Shown here piece after piece: positions 7,748 to 15,889 of a stretch of DNA of 64,000 nt (the stretch's first letter is position 1; each line of letters begins with the position of its first letter). The notes under the pieces were generated by a model, which saw nothing but the letters and a program-made list of their open reading frames with translations, had not been told where the DNA came from and did no database searches. Source of the stretch: a bacterium (GTDB lineage: Bacteria; UBP6; UBA1177; JAKLFG01); contig JAKLFG010000006.1 of NCBI GenBank assembly GCA_022711315.1, forward strand, positions 3,726 to 67,725. The letters run 5' to 3'. Made by a program: the position numbers and the translations under genes.

Positions 7748-7775
7748 GCCCCCGCTTTTGCGGGGGCTTTTTTTT
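7748..7775 (+). terminator. Rho-independent terminator
   Basis: GCCCCCGC-TTTT-GCGGGGGC perfect 8-bp stem followed by T8. Sits between convergent genes. Confidence 0.75.
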
Positions 7776-7776
7776 A

Positions 7777-8826
7777 TCAGTTGAGTCGTCCGATGGCGTC
7801 GAGGTCGAACCCGGCGCTCTCTCGTGTCGGATAGGGGTCGTAGATGGCGTGGCCGCGACCGTCGATCATCACACCGTTCCCTTTGATGTCGACGATGCGG
7901 AGATGGGTTATCGCCGAAAGATCGATCGTTCCGGCGGTCACGGCGGCATTCCCGGCAAGAGTCGCGAGATCGAACGGGGTGCCCCATCCGGCGCGATATT
8001 TCCCGGCAAGACCGTCGATGAGCGACGGGTCGAGCGTGCCGTACTCGCCGATCGGGCCGGCGCCGAGATAGGTGGCGTCGAATCGAACGAAATCCTCACC
8101 GTTGCTTGATACTTCGACGAAGGCGAGTTCGAGGAAGTCGTCGGCGAAGGAGTTCTCGAATACTGCGATGTCATAGCCCTCGCCGTCGGCGATAGGGCTT
8201 TCGAAGGTCAGCGTGATGGCGCCGCCCTCGCCGAGCGAAACGACGGCGCTCGCGTTCCCTTCGGCCGCGCCGAGCGCGTTGGCGGTGTTTTTCCACTGGT
8301 CGGTCAGGTTGTCGCCCGGATCGTAGGCGGCGACACCGGTCGCCCACGCGACGATGCGCGGATCATCCTTCGCGACGGCGTGGGAGCCGGCGGTGCCGGC
8401 CGCCCCCGTAAAGGTCTTGACGGTGAGTTCGCTCCACGGGTTCTCGTTGCATCCCTTCTCGATGTCGGTCGGGTCCGCGCCGGTCTCCGCCTCGGCCGCC
8501 GCCGCCGAGTCTTTGTCGTATGCCATCTGGCAGACATAGAGAACGCCCGCATGCCAGACCCAGTCGATACGGCTCCATTTGCCGGGGTTGTAACTTTTCA
8601 CCGCGTCGTTCTGCGCGACGAGAAAGTCCTTTTCGTTGTCATACTTCGTGATATGGAACAGTCCCATATCGCCTTGATCCCATGCCGTCTCGGTGATGAT
8701 GTGGGTGTAACCGAAACCGTCCTCGTAGGTGCCGATGATCTCAAGCGGCGCCTGTTCTTCTTTCTCCTCGTCGCAGGCAAAAAAAAGCGTCAAAAGACAG
8801 AGCGCAAGAAGGCCGGTGCGTTTCAT
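7777..8826 (-). CDS. Lipoprotein, third gene of the riboswitch-controlled TonB receptor operon
   Basis: 349 aa. LTLFFACDEEKEE lipobox plus acidic linker. C-terminal domain ...GYDIAVFENSFADDFLELAFVEVSSNGEDFVRF...GFDLDAIG is a family I cannot name. Start overlaps the upstream stop (ATGA). Confidence 0.75.
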   Translation of the reverse strand: MKRTGLLALCLLTLFFACDEEKEEQAPLEIIGTYEDGFGYTHIITETAWDQGDMGLFHITKYDNEKDFLVAQNDAVKSYNPGKWSRIDWVWHAGVLYVCQMAYDKDSAAAAEAETGADPTDIEKGCNENPWSELTVKTFTGAAGTAGSHAVAKDDPRIVAWATGVAAYDPGDNLTDQWKNTANALGAAEGNASAVVSLGEGGAITLTFESPIADGEGYDIAVFENSFADDFLELAFVEVSSNGEDFVRFDATYLGAGPIGEYGTLDPSLIDGLAGKYRAGWGTPFDLATLAGNAAVTAGTIDLSAITHLRIVDIKGNGVMIDGRGHAIYDPYPTRESAGFDLDAIGRLN

Positions 8827-10082
8827 GGTCGTTCTCCGTTACCTGTCGTTGTTATCTCCCGTATCCATATCCGGAGCGCCGCGGGGGCGTCCGGTATGGG
8901 AGTCGTCGTTACCTTTCCCGTTCCGGTGTCGAGCGCGTTGAGGCGGCTGATGATCGTGTCGTTCTCGGAGCGCTGGTCGAAGAAATATATCCTGCCGGTG
9001 AAGGGACTCGCTTCGAGCGGTATCGCCGCGAATACGTTGATGTCGCTCGCGATACGGCGCACCGTTCCGTCGCGCCGGAGCACCTGCAGGTGCCCCCGCC
9101 AGTCATCGTCGAACGCGGTGAAGTAGATGTCTCCCTCCGGCGTCACCGCAAGGTCGCCCACCTTGACATTGAGCGGCGAGAGTTCCTCGGTCGTTTCACG
9201 CAGTATGACGGTCGTCTCGCCGGTGAACAGATCCACGCGGACGATGCCGCCGTCGCGTGACTGATACGAGCCGGAACAGGAAACAAAGAGCCGATCGGGC
9301 GAAAGAAGCGGTTCGACCGCCAATTTTGATGTCGGGTTCGCGAGCGGCAGGACCATCGGTGTGAGCGGTGTCCCGTCCCGTTCGAAGCGGGCGATGCGAC
9401 CGCCGCGCGAAAGCCAGTTGTCGCCGATCAGTTGTAGCGCGGCGTAGGCGCGGTCACCGTTCCGCAGGAGCGCCGAGGGTGCGGGTCCGATGCCGTCGGG
9501 AGCGAAGGGGGCGAGCGGTATCTCGCCCGCCGGCGAGCCCTTTTCGTCGAACAGGAGCAGGCGGTCGAGTTCGTTGGCCGATACGATGTAACGGGCGCCG
9601 TTCCAGAGCGCGTCGTGGAAGTTGGCATATCCGGCGACCGGCGAGGGTATCGTCGTGAAGCGGGGCGTCCCTTCGCGCGGCTCGTAGACCCACACCGTGT
9701 CGGCGCCGTCGCGACCGACGACCATCAGCCGGTCGCCGGCGGTCGCGAGGGTAAGGTCGGTCCCGTCGGAGCCGCCGAGCGGTACCGGGAATGCGAGTTC
9801 GCGCAGGTCATCGAGCCGTTCGTCCGGCGCGATGAGTATGCGGCCCGACCGCGGCGCGTCGTAGCCGGCGGTCGTCGCGATGACGAGGTCAACGGCGACA
9901 CAGCGCCCCCGGTAGCGGTGCGTCCCGGCGTCACAGAGGATGTCGTCGTCCGGTGTCTCGCCGTCGCAGGTCGCCCGGTAATCGGTGCCGGCGCTGTACT
10001 CGATGTCGGCGGGCAGTTCGGGCAGATCGGGGGCGCAGGCGGAGAGGAGAAGCAAGAGGAAAAAGAGTGGCGTCGGTCTCAT
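8823..10082 (-). CDS. Beta-propeller-like lipoprotein (YncE/BtuG-like, tentative)
   Basis: 419 aa. LLLSAC lipobox. Recurrent strand-turn blades (DRLMVVGRDG, GDRAYAALQ, DGGIVRVDL, EGDIYFTAFDD, TGRIYFFDQ). ATGA overlaps on both sides. Confidence 0.65.
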   Translation of the reverse strand: MRPTPLFFLLLLLSACAPDLPELPADIEYSAGTDYRATCDGETPDDDILCDAGTHRYRGRCVAVDLVIATTAGYDAPRSGRILIAPDERLDDLRELAFPVPLGGSDGTDLTLATAGDRLMVVGRDGADTVWVYEPREGTPRFTTIPSPVAGYANFHDALWNGARYIVSANELDRLLLFDEKGSPAGEIPLAPFAPDGIGPAPSALLRNGDRAYAALQLIGDNWLSRGGRIARFERDGTPLTPMVLPLANPTSKLAVEPLLSPDRLFVSCSGSYQSRDGGIVRVDLFTGETTVILRETTEELSPLNVKVGDLAVTPEGDIYFTAFDDDWRGHLQVLRRDGTVRRIASDINVFAAIPLEASPFTGRIYFFDQRSENDTIISRLNALDTGTGKVTTTPIPDAPAALRIWIREITTTGNGERP

Positions 10083-12124
10083 GGCCGTGCCTCCTCGAAA
10101 TGGAATCTCATGCCGCCGTATAACGAAAGCCCCGGCGTGCCGTAGCCCCGGACGAGTTCGTAGCGTTCGTCGAAAAGGTTCTCCAGCCGCGCGAAGAGGT
10201 CGACGAGCGGGCCGGGACGCACCGTGAGGGCGAGCGACCCGATGACGGCGGGCGGCAGGCGGACGACGGCCGGCTGGTAGGGGTAGCGGTACTCGATATC
10301 GTTGCGTGGCCCGATGACGGTGAGCGAGAAGTTGGCGTTGAAGGCGTTATCGGGCGTCCAGTCGGCCCACAGATTCGCGAGGTGAACGGGACGGCGCAGG
10401 ACCGGGCGGGTGTCGCGCCACCGTCCGCCGTCGTAGGAGACGATCTCCCACGAGTCGGTGTCGGTGAAGGTATAATTCGCCGATATCGTGAACTGCTCGT
10501 CGGGCCGGATGACCACGATCGCCTCGACGCCGCGAGCGACGAGCCAGCCGAGGTTCCGGTAGCGTCCGCAGAGCATCCCGTCGCACCCGTAAGAGAACTC
10601 GATGAGGTCGCGCGTCTCCTGATAGAAGCCGTTCACCTCCAGCGATACGCGGCGGTCCCAGAACCGCTGTTCGATGCCGCCGTCAAAAGCGAGCGTCTCC
10701 TCGGGCCGCAGGAACTCGGAGCCGTACCGGCTGTAAAGTTGAAAGAGCGACGGCGGCTTGAAGGCGCTCCCGGCCCCGGCCCGGAGTCGCGTGTCGGTGG
10801 CGGCGACGCGGTAGGCGGCCTCGACGCCGAAGGTGCCGCGCGGTAACATGCGGAGGCGGTCGGTGTCGGCGACGACCGTGGATCCGGCGCTATCGATCGC
10901 CGTGTCGTGCGTCCGGTGGATGAACAGGTCGAACCGGCCGCCGGCGGTGAGGTCGAGCCCTTCGACCGGCGAGACGATGTCCTGCAGGTAGAGCCCGAGT
11001 CCGTAGGTGTCTTTGCGCCCGATGTCGAGCGCCGTGATATCGTGTTCGCGGTCGGTCCGGTGGTCGCTCCCGCCGAACCCGGCATTGAAGACGAGCCCGG
11101 CGCGGAGACGCTGGAGCGGGAGCGCGGTTATGTCGTTGCGCCACGACGCCTCGACCGTCTCGCCGCGGAATCCGGCGTGGCTGAAACCCCACTCGTCCCC
11201 TGTGCCGTCGGGCGCGTTGCGGTCGTCGCAGGCATGGTGGGAGACCGCGACGCTCCACGACGGGAGCCACTGTCCGTCGAAGAACGACCCGTCGAGGGAG
11301 ACCCGTCCGAACAGGCGGTCGCTTTCGAAAGTATGGTTGATGTCGTCGCGGTACCGTCCCGGACCGTTGTCGAGGTCGGTGTCGGCGCTCGCGGCGCGGA
11401 TCGAGGCGCCGAGCGTGAGATGGTCGGAGAGGAACAGATGGGCGCGGCCGTTCAGCGTGAGAAGGCGCGAGCGGTCCTCCTCAATGTTGCCGTCGTGTCC
11501 GGCGGCGGCCGAATAGCCGCCGGTGTCGCGGTAGTATATCGCGGCGGCGTAGTCGCCGTTCTCGGTGCCGCCCCGGAGCGACGCGCCGGTCCGCAGATGG
11601 TTGACGGCGATGTGATCGGTCGAAAGGTCCACCAAGCCGCTTTCGCCGGTGAGCGAGAGCGCCGGCCGGCCCCCTCCGCGTTTTGTGACGATGCGGACGA
11701 CCCCGCTCATCGCGTCGGGGCCGTAGATGACCGCCTGCGGCCCGCGCAGTATCTCGATGCGCGACACTGCGTCGGCGGTGATGTCGGACAGGTCGGCGGC
11801 GTTCTCGACCGACAGCGGGTCATTGAGCCGCACCCCGTCGAGGAGGACGAGCGCGTGGCCCGCCTTGCCGCCGCGGATGAAGAGCGAGGTGAGCGCCCCC
11901 GCGCCGCCGGCGGTCGCCACATGGATGCCGGGCGTTTCGCGCAGAAGATCGGCGACCTGCCCTTTCTGTTTTTTTTCTATCTCCTTTTCGGTGATGACGG
12001 TGGTCGCGCCGGTCGCGGGCGTCTCTTCCGCCTGTTCCGACACCACGGTGCGATAGGGGTTCTCCTCGGCGGCAAGAAGATGGCACAGCAGGAAAAAGAT
12101 AAGAAAGACACGCACCGGCCTCAT
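10079..12124 (-). CDS. btuB: TonB-dependent outer-membrane receptor, BtuB-like
   Basis: 681 aa. Signal peptide. Plug motifs DLLRETPGIHV...SLFIRGGKAGHALVLLDGVRLNDP. C-terminal barrel ends ...GGMRFHF-EEARP. Immediately downstream of the cobalamin riboswitch. Confidence 0.8.
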   Translation of the reverse strand: MRPVRVFLIFFLLCHLLAAEENPYRTVVSEQAEETPATGATTVITEKEIEKKQKGQVADLLRETPGIHVATAGGAGALTSLFIRGGKAGHALVLLDGVRLNDPLSVENAADLSDITADAVSRIEILRGPQAVIYGPDAMSGVVRIVTKRGGGRPALSLTGESGLVDLSTDHIAVNHLRTGASLRGGTENGDYAAAIYYRDTGGYSAAAGHDGNIEEDRSRLLTLNGRAHLFLSDHLTLGASIRAASADTDLDNGPGRYRDDINHTFESDRLFGRVSLDGSFFDGQWLPSWSVAVSHHACDDRNAPDGTGDEWGFSHAGFRGETVEASWRNDITALPLQRLRAGLVFNAGFGGSDHRTDREHDITALDIGRKDTYGLGLYLQDIVSPVEGLDLTAGGRFDLFIHRTHDTAIDSAGSTVVADTDRLRMLPRGTFGVEAAYRVAATDTRLRAGAGSAFKPPSLFQLYSRYGSEFLRPEETLAFDGGIEQRFWDRRVSLEVNGFYQETRDLIEFSYGCDGMLCGRYRNLGWLVARGVEAIVVIRPDEQFTISANYTFTDTDSWEIVSYDGGRWRDTRPVLRRPVHLANLWADWTPDNAFNANFSLTVIGPRNDIEYRYPYQPAVVRLPPAVIGSLALTVRPGPLVDLFARLENLFDERYELVRGYGTPGLSLYGGMRFHFEEARP

Positions 12125-12129
12125 CCCTC

Positions 12130-12320
12130 CGCGGGGCAGTTACCGTTCGACATCCCCCGCCCGGGTATTCTGGCTTGCGGTCACCCTACTTGCCGCCCCT
12201 TCCCGCCGGTGTCCGGCAGTGGGTATCGTGCGGCGTTCGTCGCGCTTACAGCTGCGGGACAGCGCCGGTCTTGCACCGGCTTCCCCGCGCGGAGAACGAA
12301 CCGTCCTTCCTGTATCACAC
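12130..12320 (-). promoter_or_regulatory. Cobalamin (B12) riboswitch in the btuB-like leader
   Basis: Minus strand reads GGGGAAGCCGGTGCAAGACCGGCGCTGTCCCGCAGCTGTAAGCG (12286-12243), CCACTGCCGGACACCGGCGGGAAGG (12222-12198) and the B12 box GCAAGCCAGAATACCCGGGC (12178-12159). GGAGGG-ATG follows directly. These match the conserved cores of the cobalamin riboswitch. Confidence 0.8.
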
Positions 12321-12398
12321 GGTGCGGGCGGTGTCAAGCGCCGGCTTGCTTTTATCGGGCGGGGCGGGTATGCTGAAGGGTCGTCAGGGAGGTATGCG

Positions 12399-13805
12399 AT
12401 GGGACGGTATGTGGTCAAACTGGGTTTGCTTGCGGCGGCGCTGTTCCTGTTCGCCTGCGGTGAAGCAAAGAACAGTGACACCGACGATGACGCCATCGTT
12501 GATGACGGCGATGCGGTGACCGATGCCGACACGGCGCGGGTATTCACCCAGCGGCGCATCCTCGGCGAAGGGGGCTTCTTCGGCATCTCGGCATCGGCGG
12601 GGAATGACGACTATTTCGCCATCGGCGCCCACTACGCGGAACTTTCCGCGACCCCCGGAGAGAACCCCCCGGGCAAGGTCTACCTTTATAAAAAAGGGAC
12701 GGTGCCGTCGGCGGTGACCGACGCCGAGACGGTGCTGACCCATCCCGATGAGCGGCCCGGCGCCGGGTTCGGCTACACCATCGGCGGCTACTGCGACCTC
12801 ACCTGCGATGGAACGCCCGACCTCATGGTGGCGGCCCACCTTGACTCGGTCGGCACGACCCCCAACTGTGGCACGATAGCGCTCTTCTTCGGCGGCGACG
12901 CCGATCCCGCCACGGCGGTGCTGTCGCTCCCCGACGGGGTTCGCAAGCAGTCCGATGTGATGGGGCAGTCGCTCGCCTGCATCGATATGGACGGCGACGG
13001 CTGCGGCGACCTCGTCGCGGGTGGGCAGAACGCCGGGCCGAACGACACCGGACTCATCGCGGTGTGGAAGGGGGCGGCGGGCGGCCCCGCAGCCGAACCG
13101 GCGCTCTACCTGGAGGCGCAACTGGCGGAGAACAAGCAGTACCTCGGCGCGTCGCTCGCGGTGGGCGACATCGACGGCGACGGCACGCCCGATCTCGTGG
13201 CGGGTGGCTGGGGGCTCAAGAAGGACGCGGAGTCGGCCAACACCGGCGGCGTTTACCTCTATAAAACGGGCGATGACTGGTCGCAGGGTCCATCGGCGAC
13301 GCTCTTCCCCGAAGATGGAACGACGGCGATAGGCTTCGGCAGTAAGGTCATCGTCTTCACCGCCGATGCGACGACCTACATCGCGGTGATGGCGCCCGAT
13401 TACCACACGACCGGCGCGGTGTTCGTCTACACCTTCACGGCGGGGGCTTTCACGCTTGTCGCGACGCTCGTTCCGGCCGATAACGATCCTCTCGCCGCCG
13501 ATCTTGCCGACATCGCCTTCGCGCCCGACTTCGGCGGGAAGGGGAAGGGGGCGCTCCTCGCGGGGCACAAGTACTACGGCGCCGATTCGACCGGCGCGGT
13601 GACGGCATATCCCTTCCCGGCGGGGACACCGGCGCTCCTGCGGCCCGAGCCGCCGGTGGCGGGCGACACCTTCGGCGCGATGGTGCAGGGCATCGGCGAC
13701 ATCAACGGCGACGGGCTTTCCGACATCGTGGTCGGGACGCCGGAACATATCGAGGGGGACTTTGAGACCGGGACGCAGCCGGGCGGCATCGTCCTTTTCT
13801 ACTGA
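12399..13805 (+). CDS. FG-GAP (integrin-alpha-like) repeat lipoprotein
   Basis: Trimmed to ATG 12399 behind CAGGGAGG. LFLFACGE lipobox and acidic linker. Repeats IDMDGDGCGDLVAGG, GDIDGDGTPDLVAGG, GDINGDGLSDIVVG. Confidence 0.8.
   Translation: MGRYVVKLGLLAAALFLFACGEAKNSDTDDDAIVDDGDAVTDADTARVFTQRRILGEGGFFGISASAGNDDYFAIGAHYAELSATPGENPPGKVYLYKKGTVPSAVTDAETVLTHPDERPGAGFGYTIGGYCDLTCDGTPDLMVAAHLDSVGTTPNCGTIALFFGGDADPATAVLSLPDGVRKQSDVMGQSLACIDMDGDGCGDLVAGGQNAGPNDTGLIAVWKGAAGGPAAEPALYLEAQLAENKQYLGASLAVGDIDGDGTPDLVAGGWGLKKDAESANTGGVYLYKTGDDWSQGPSATLFPEDGTTAIGFGSKVIVFTADATTYIAVMAPDYHTTGAVFVYTFTAGAFTLVATLVPADNDPLAADLADIAFAPDFGGKGKGALLAGHKYYGADSTGAVTAYPFPAGTPALLRPEPPVAGDTFGAMVQGIGDINGDGLSDIVVGTPEHIEGDFETGTQPGGIVLFY
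13759..13803. repeat. 45-bp direct repeat, left copy (3' end of the FG-GAP gene)
   Basis: actttgagaccgggacgcagccgggcggcatcgtccttttctact is identical to 15279-15323. Encodes the last 14 codons (FETGTQPGGIVLFY) of the FG-GAP gene. Confidence 0.95.
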
Positions 13806-15278
13806 CAGGCCCGGCCGCTTGTTGACATTTTATAGAAATTATGTCACCATCGGTACAGTTCGGGTTGCAAGAGGAGACCATGGTTCTTAATTTGCCGCAC
13901 CTTTTTACTCGCGAAGATGCCTTGAACGCAGGGTTCACGCGAAGAGACCTCGCAAGAAAGATGCAGGAGCGCCTTATCATGCGACTCGCGCACGGACTCT
14001 ACCTTGATGCAACGACCGGCATTCCCGCTGAACATATCGACTTCGTAGTCGCGCAGTACAAGTTCGGAAAAAGCGCCGCGATAGGCGGTCTGACCGCACT
14101 CTTTTATCATGGCCTCATCAACCAACCGCCGCAGCAGGTCTGGGTCATCGTGCCACCGGAGATACGGACCAAAGACAGGAGATACCGCTTGATCCGGACG
14201 CAAGGACGGCTCGATATCGGATTCGAGACGCATGGGCTGTTCCGTATCTGCGATATCAACCGCACCCTCGCCGAGGCATTCAAATTCGCGTCGAAGGTAG
14301 GTCTGATAAATGCAATCGGGGCAACGACCCGGGCGATAAAAGAAAAAAAGACGACTTTCCCGGAGATTATGGCCATGGCCCGGGAACTGGGCTATGAAAA
14401 GGCCGTCTTGAAACATTGGGAGGCCCTTGCCGGCATAGGGGAGAGCGCATGAACCGGACAACGGAACAGATTCGTTCACGATTACTCGCCATATCGACAG
14501 CGGAACAGGTCGCGTACCAGCATATCCAAACAATGTTCCTGCTCGAACGGATGGTCGCTCGACTTACCCGGGAACCGGTTCTTTTCGATCATATCATTTT
14601 CAAGGGCGGATATGTCGCTCTCAGGGCATTTCACTCCCCGCGCTACACTATGGATCTCGACGCGCTGGTCAGCGGCGCCGACCTCGACGGCACCGGAAAG
14701 GCCGCGATCGCGGCGATAGAGGCGACCAATGATGACGGCACCTGGTTCAAATATGAGAAAGAAGCGGAACTTCGAACGCTGGGGGAATATGGCGGTATCC
14801 GATATTTTTTCAGGGGCGGTATCGGCGAGATGCCCGAAAAGTATGTGAAAGCGCAATCGCTGCATCTTGATCTGGCGATAGGGGATGTCGTGATCCCCGC
14901 GCCGGAGGTCTGTTCCCTCACGGCGCTCGTCGACGAACGACCGCTGACCTGGAGGATATACACCATTGAATCGGCCTCCGCCGAGAAGTTGCACACGCTT
15001 CTGGTGCGCGGTTCGGACAACTCCCGCTCCAAAGATGTGTACGATCTCCATCGTTTCCTGCCGCAATGCCGATTGTCGGTTTTGAAAGAGGCGATCGCCG
15101 CGACCTTTGCCTCGCGCGGCGACCGGTTGCCGGGGCGGTTGAAACCGGTGATCGGTGCGATAGATCGCGCTCTCTTGGGGAAGGGATGGAAGAGCATGAC
15201 GGCCGGGTTGGCCGAATCCGTTCCGCTCGACGAGGCGTTTGACATCATCCTGAAATATTGCGGGGCGCTCGATGAGCT
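13804..15278 (+). mobile_element. About 1.5-kb inserted AbiE toxin-antitoxin cassette bounded by 45-bp direct repeats (no recombinase)
   Basis: Perfect 45-bp repeats flank exactly the AbiEi/AbiEii pair. The interior is visibly less GC-rich than the flanks. No integrase or transposase ORF inside. Confidence 0.5.
13880..14452 (+). CDS. AbiEi-family antitoxin / transcriptional regulator (type IV TA)
   Basis: ATG 13880 behind AAGAGGAG. The N-terminus FTREDALNAGFTRRDLARKMQERLIMRLAHGLYL resembles the AbiEi_4 winged-helix domain. The stop overlaps the AbiEii start (ATGA). Confidence 0.75.
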   Translation: MVLNLPHLFTREDALNAGFTRRDLARKMQERLIMRLAHGLYLDATTGIPAEHIDFVVAQYKFGKSAAIGGLTALFYHGLINQPPQQVWVIVPPEIRTKDRRYRLIRTQGRLDIGFETHGLFRICDINRTLAEAFKFASKVGLINAIGATTRAIKEKKTTFPEIMAMARELGYEKAVLKHWEALAGIGESA

Positions 15279-15285
15279 ACTTTGA
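14449..15285 (+). CDS. AbiEii/AbiGii-family nucleotidyltransferase toxin
   Basis: IIFKGGYVALRAFHSPRYTMDLDALV is the DUF1814/AbiEii NTase core. 278 aa. The last two codons and the TGA stop lie inside the right 45-bp repeat. Confidence 0.85.
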   Translation: MNRTTEQIRSRLLAISTAEQVAYQHIQTMFLLERMVARLTREPVLFDHIIFKGGYVALRAFHSPRYTMDLDALVSGADLDGTGKAAIAAIEATNDDGTWFKYEKEAELRTLGEYGGIRYFFRGGIGEMPEKYVKAQSLHLDLAIGDVVIPAPEVCSLTALVDERPLTWRIYTIESASAEKLHTLLVRGSDNSRSKDVYDLHRFLPQCRLSVLKEAIAATFASRGDRLPGRLKPVIGAIDRALLGKGWKSMTAGLAESVPLDEAFDIILKYCGALDELL

Positions 15286-15323
15286 GACCGGGACGCAGCC
15301 GGGCGGCATCGTCCTTTTCTACT
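15279..15323. repeat. 45-bp direct repeat, right copy
   Basis: Identical to 13759-13803. Followed by TAG instead of TGA in the FG-GAP reading frame. Confidence 0.95.
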
Positions 15324-15335
15324 AGTGGGATCGTT

Positions 15336-15827
15336 ATGAGAAACATTTTACTCTTGTCGTTGATCTTCTTTTTCGGCGTGCTTTCTGCCGCCGATGAATG
15401 CGATGTGCCGATAAAGGTGAAAGACGTCGAAGCGTTTTATAAGTTCATAGAAGTTGAGTCCATCAAAGTTTGCGGGAAGGAGCACTGCGAAATTAAAATA
15501 AACAAAACCACGAGAGATGTCATTATTGGAAGCAACTGCGATCAGTTCTGTTCTTTGTATAATGAGACTGGCATTGACAAAATGGTTAGAGAATGCGAGA
15601 AGATAAAGCCAGAGTTTGTTGCTTGGGCAAAGAAAACATTCAACGAGAAGGAACGGATTTTCTATGCATATATACGACTGGCACCCGATATTCCTTGTTC
15701 GATTATGGTGCTAGATGGTCCAAGTAAGAAAATTTATTACAGCCCGAGAACGAGGGAAGTGTTTATGGAGGGCGATGGAAAATGTCCATGGGGTTGTGGC
15801 AAGCAAAAACCGAAAGAAACAAAATGA
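15336..15827 (+). CDS. Low-GC orphan secreted Cys-rich protein (163 aa)
   Basis: Trimmed to ATG 15336. Signal peptide MRNILLLSLIFFFGVLSAAD. About 10 Cys in the mature part. About 40% GC by eye. No recognisable family. Confidence 0.6.
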   Translation: MRNILLLSLIFFFGVLSAADECDVPIKVKDVEAFYKFIEVESIKVCGKEHCEIKINKTTRDVIIGSNCDQFCSLYNETGIDKMVRECEKIKPEFVAWAKKTFNEKERIFYAYIRLAPDIPCSIMVLDGPSKKIYYSPRTREVFMEGDGKCPWGCGKQKPKETK

Positions 15828-15889
15828 TTGAATTGCTTTTGTCTCCGGCAATCGCTATGCTGTGACGAACTAGGACGAGGGCCTTTGCG

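Noticed and set aside
13804-15278. Prophage, IS element or integron cassette interpretation of the AbiE insert
   Set aside because: There is no integrase, transposase, terminal inverted repeat or attC-like imperfect palindrome, and no phage genes. Only the 45-bp direct repeats are demonstrable, so it is reported as a recombinase-less cassette.
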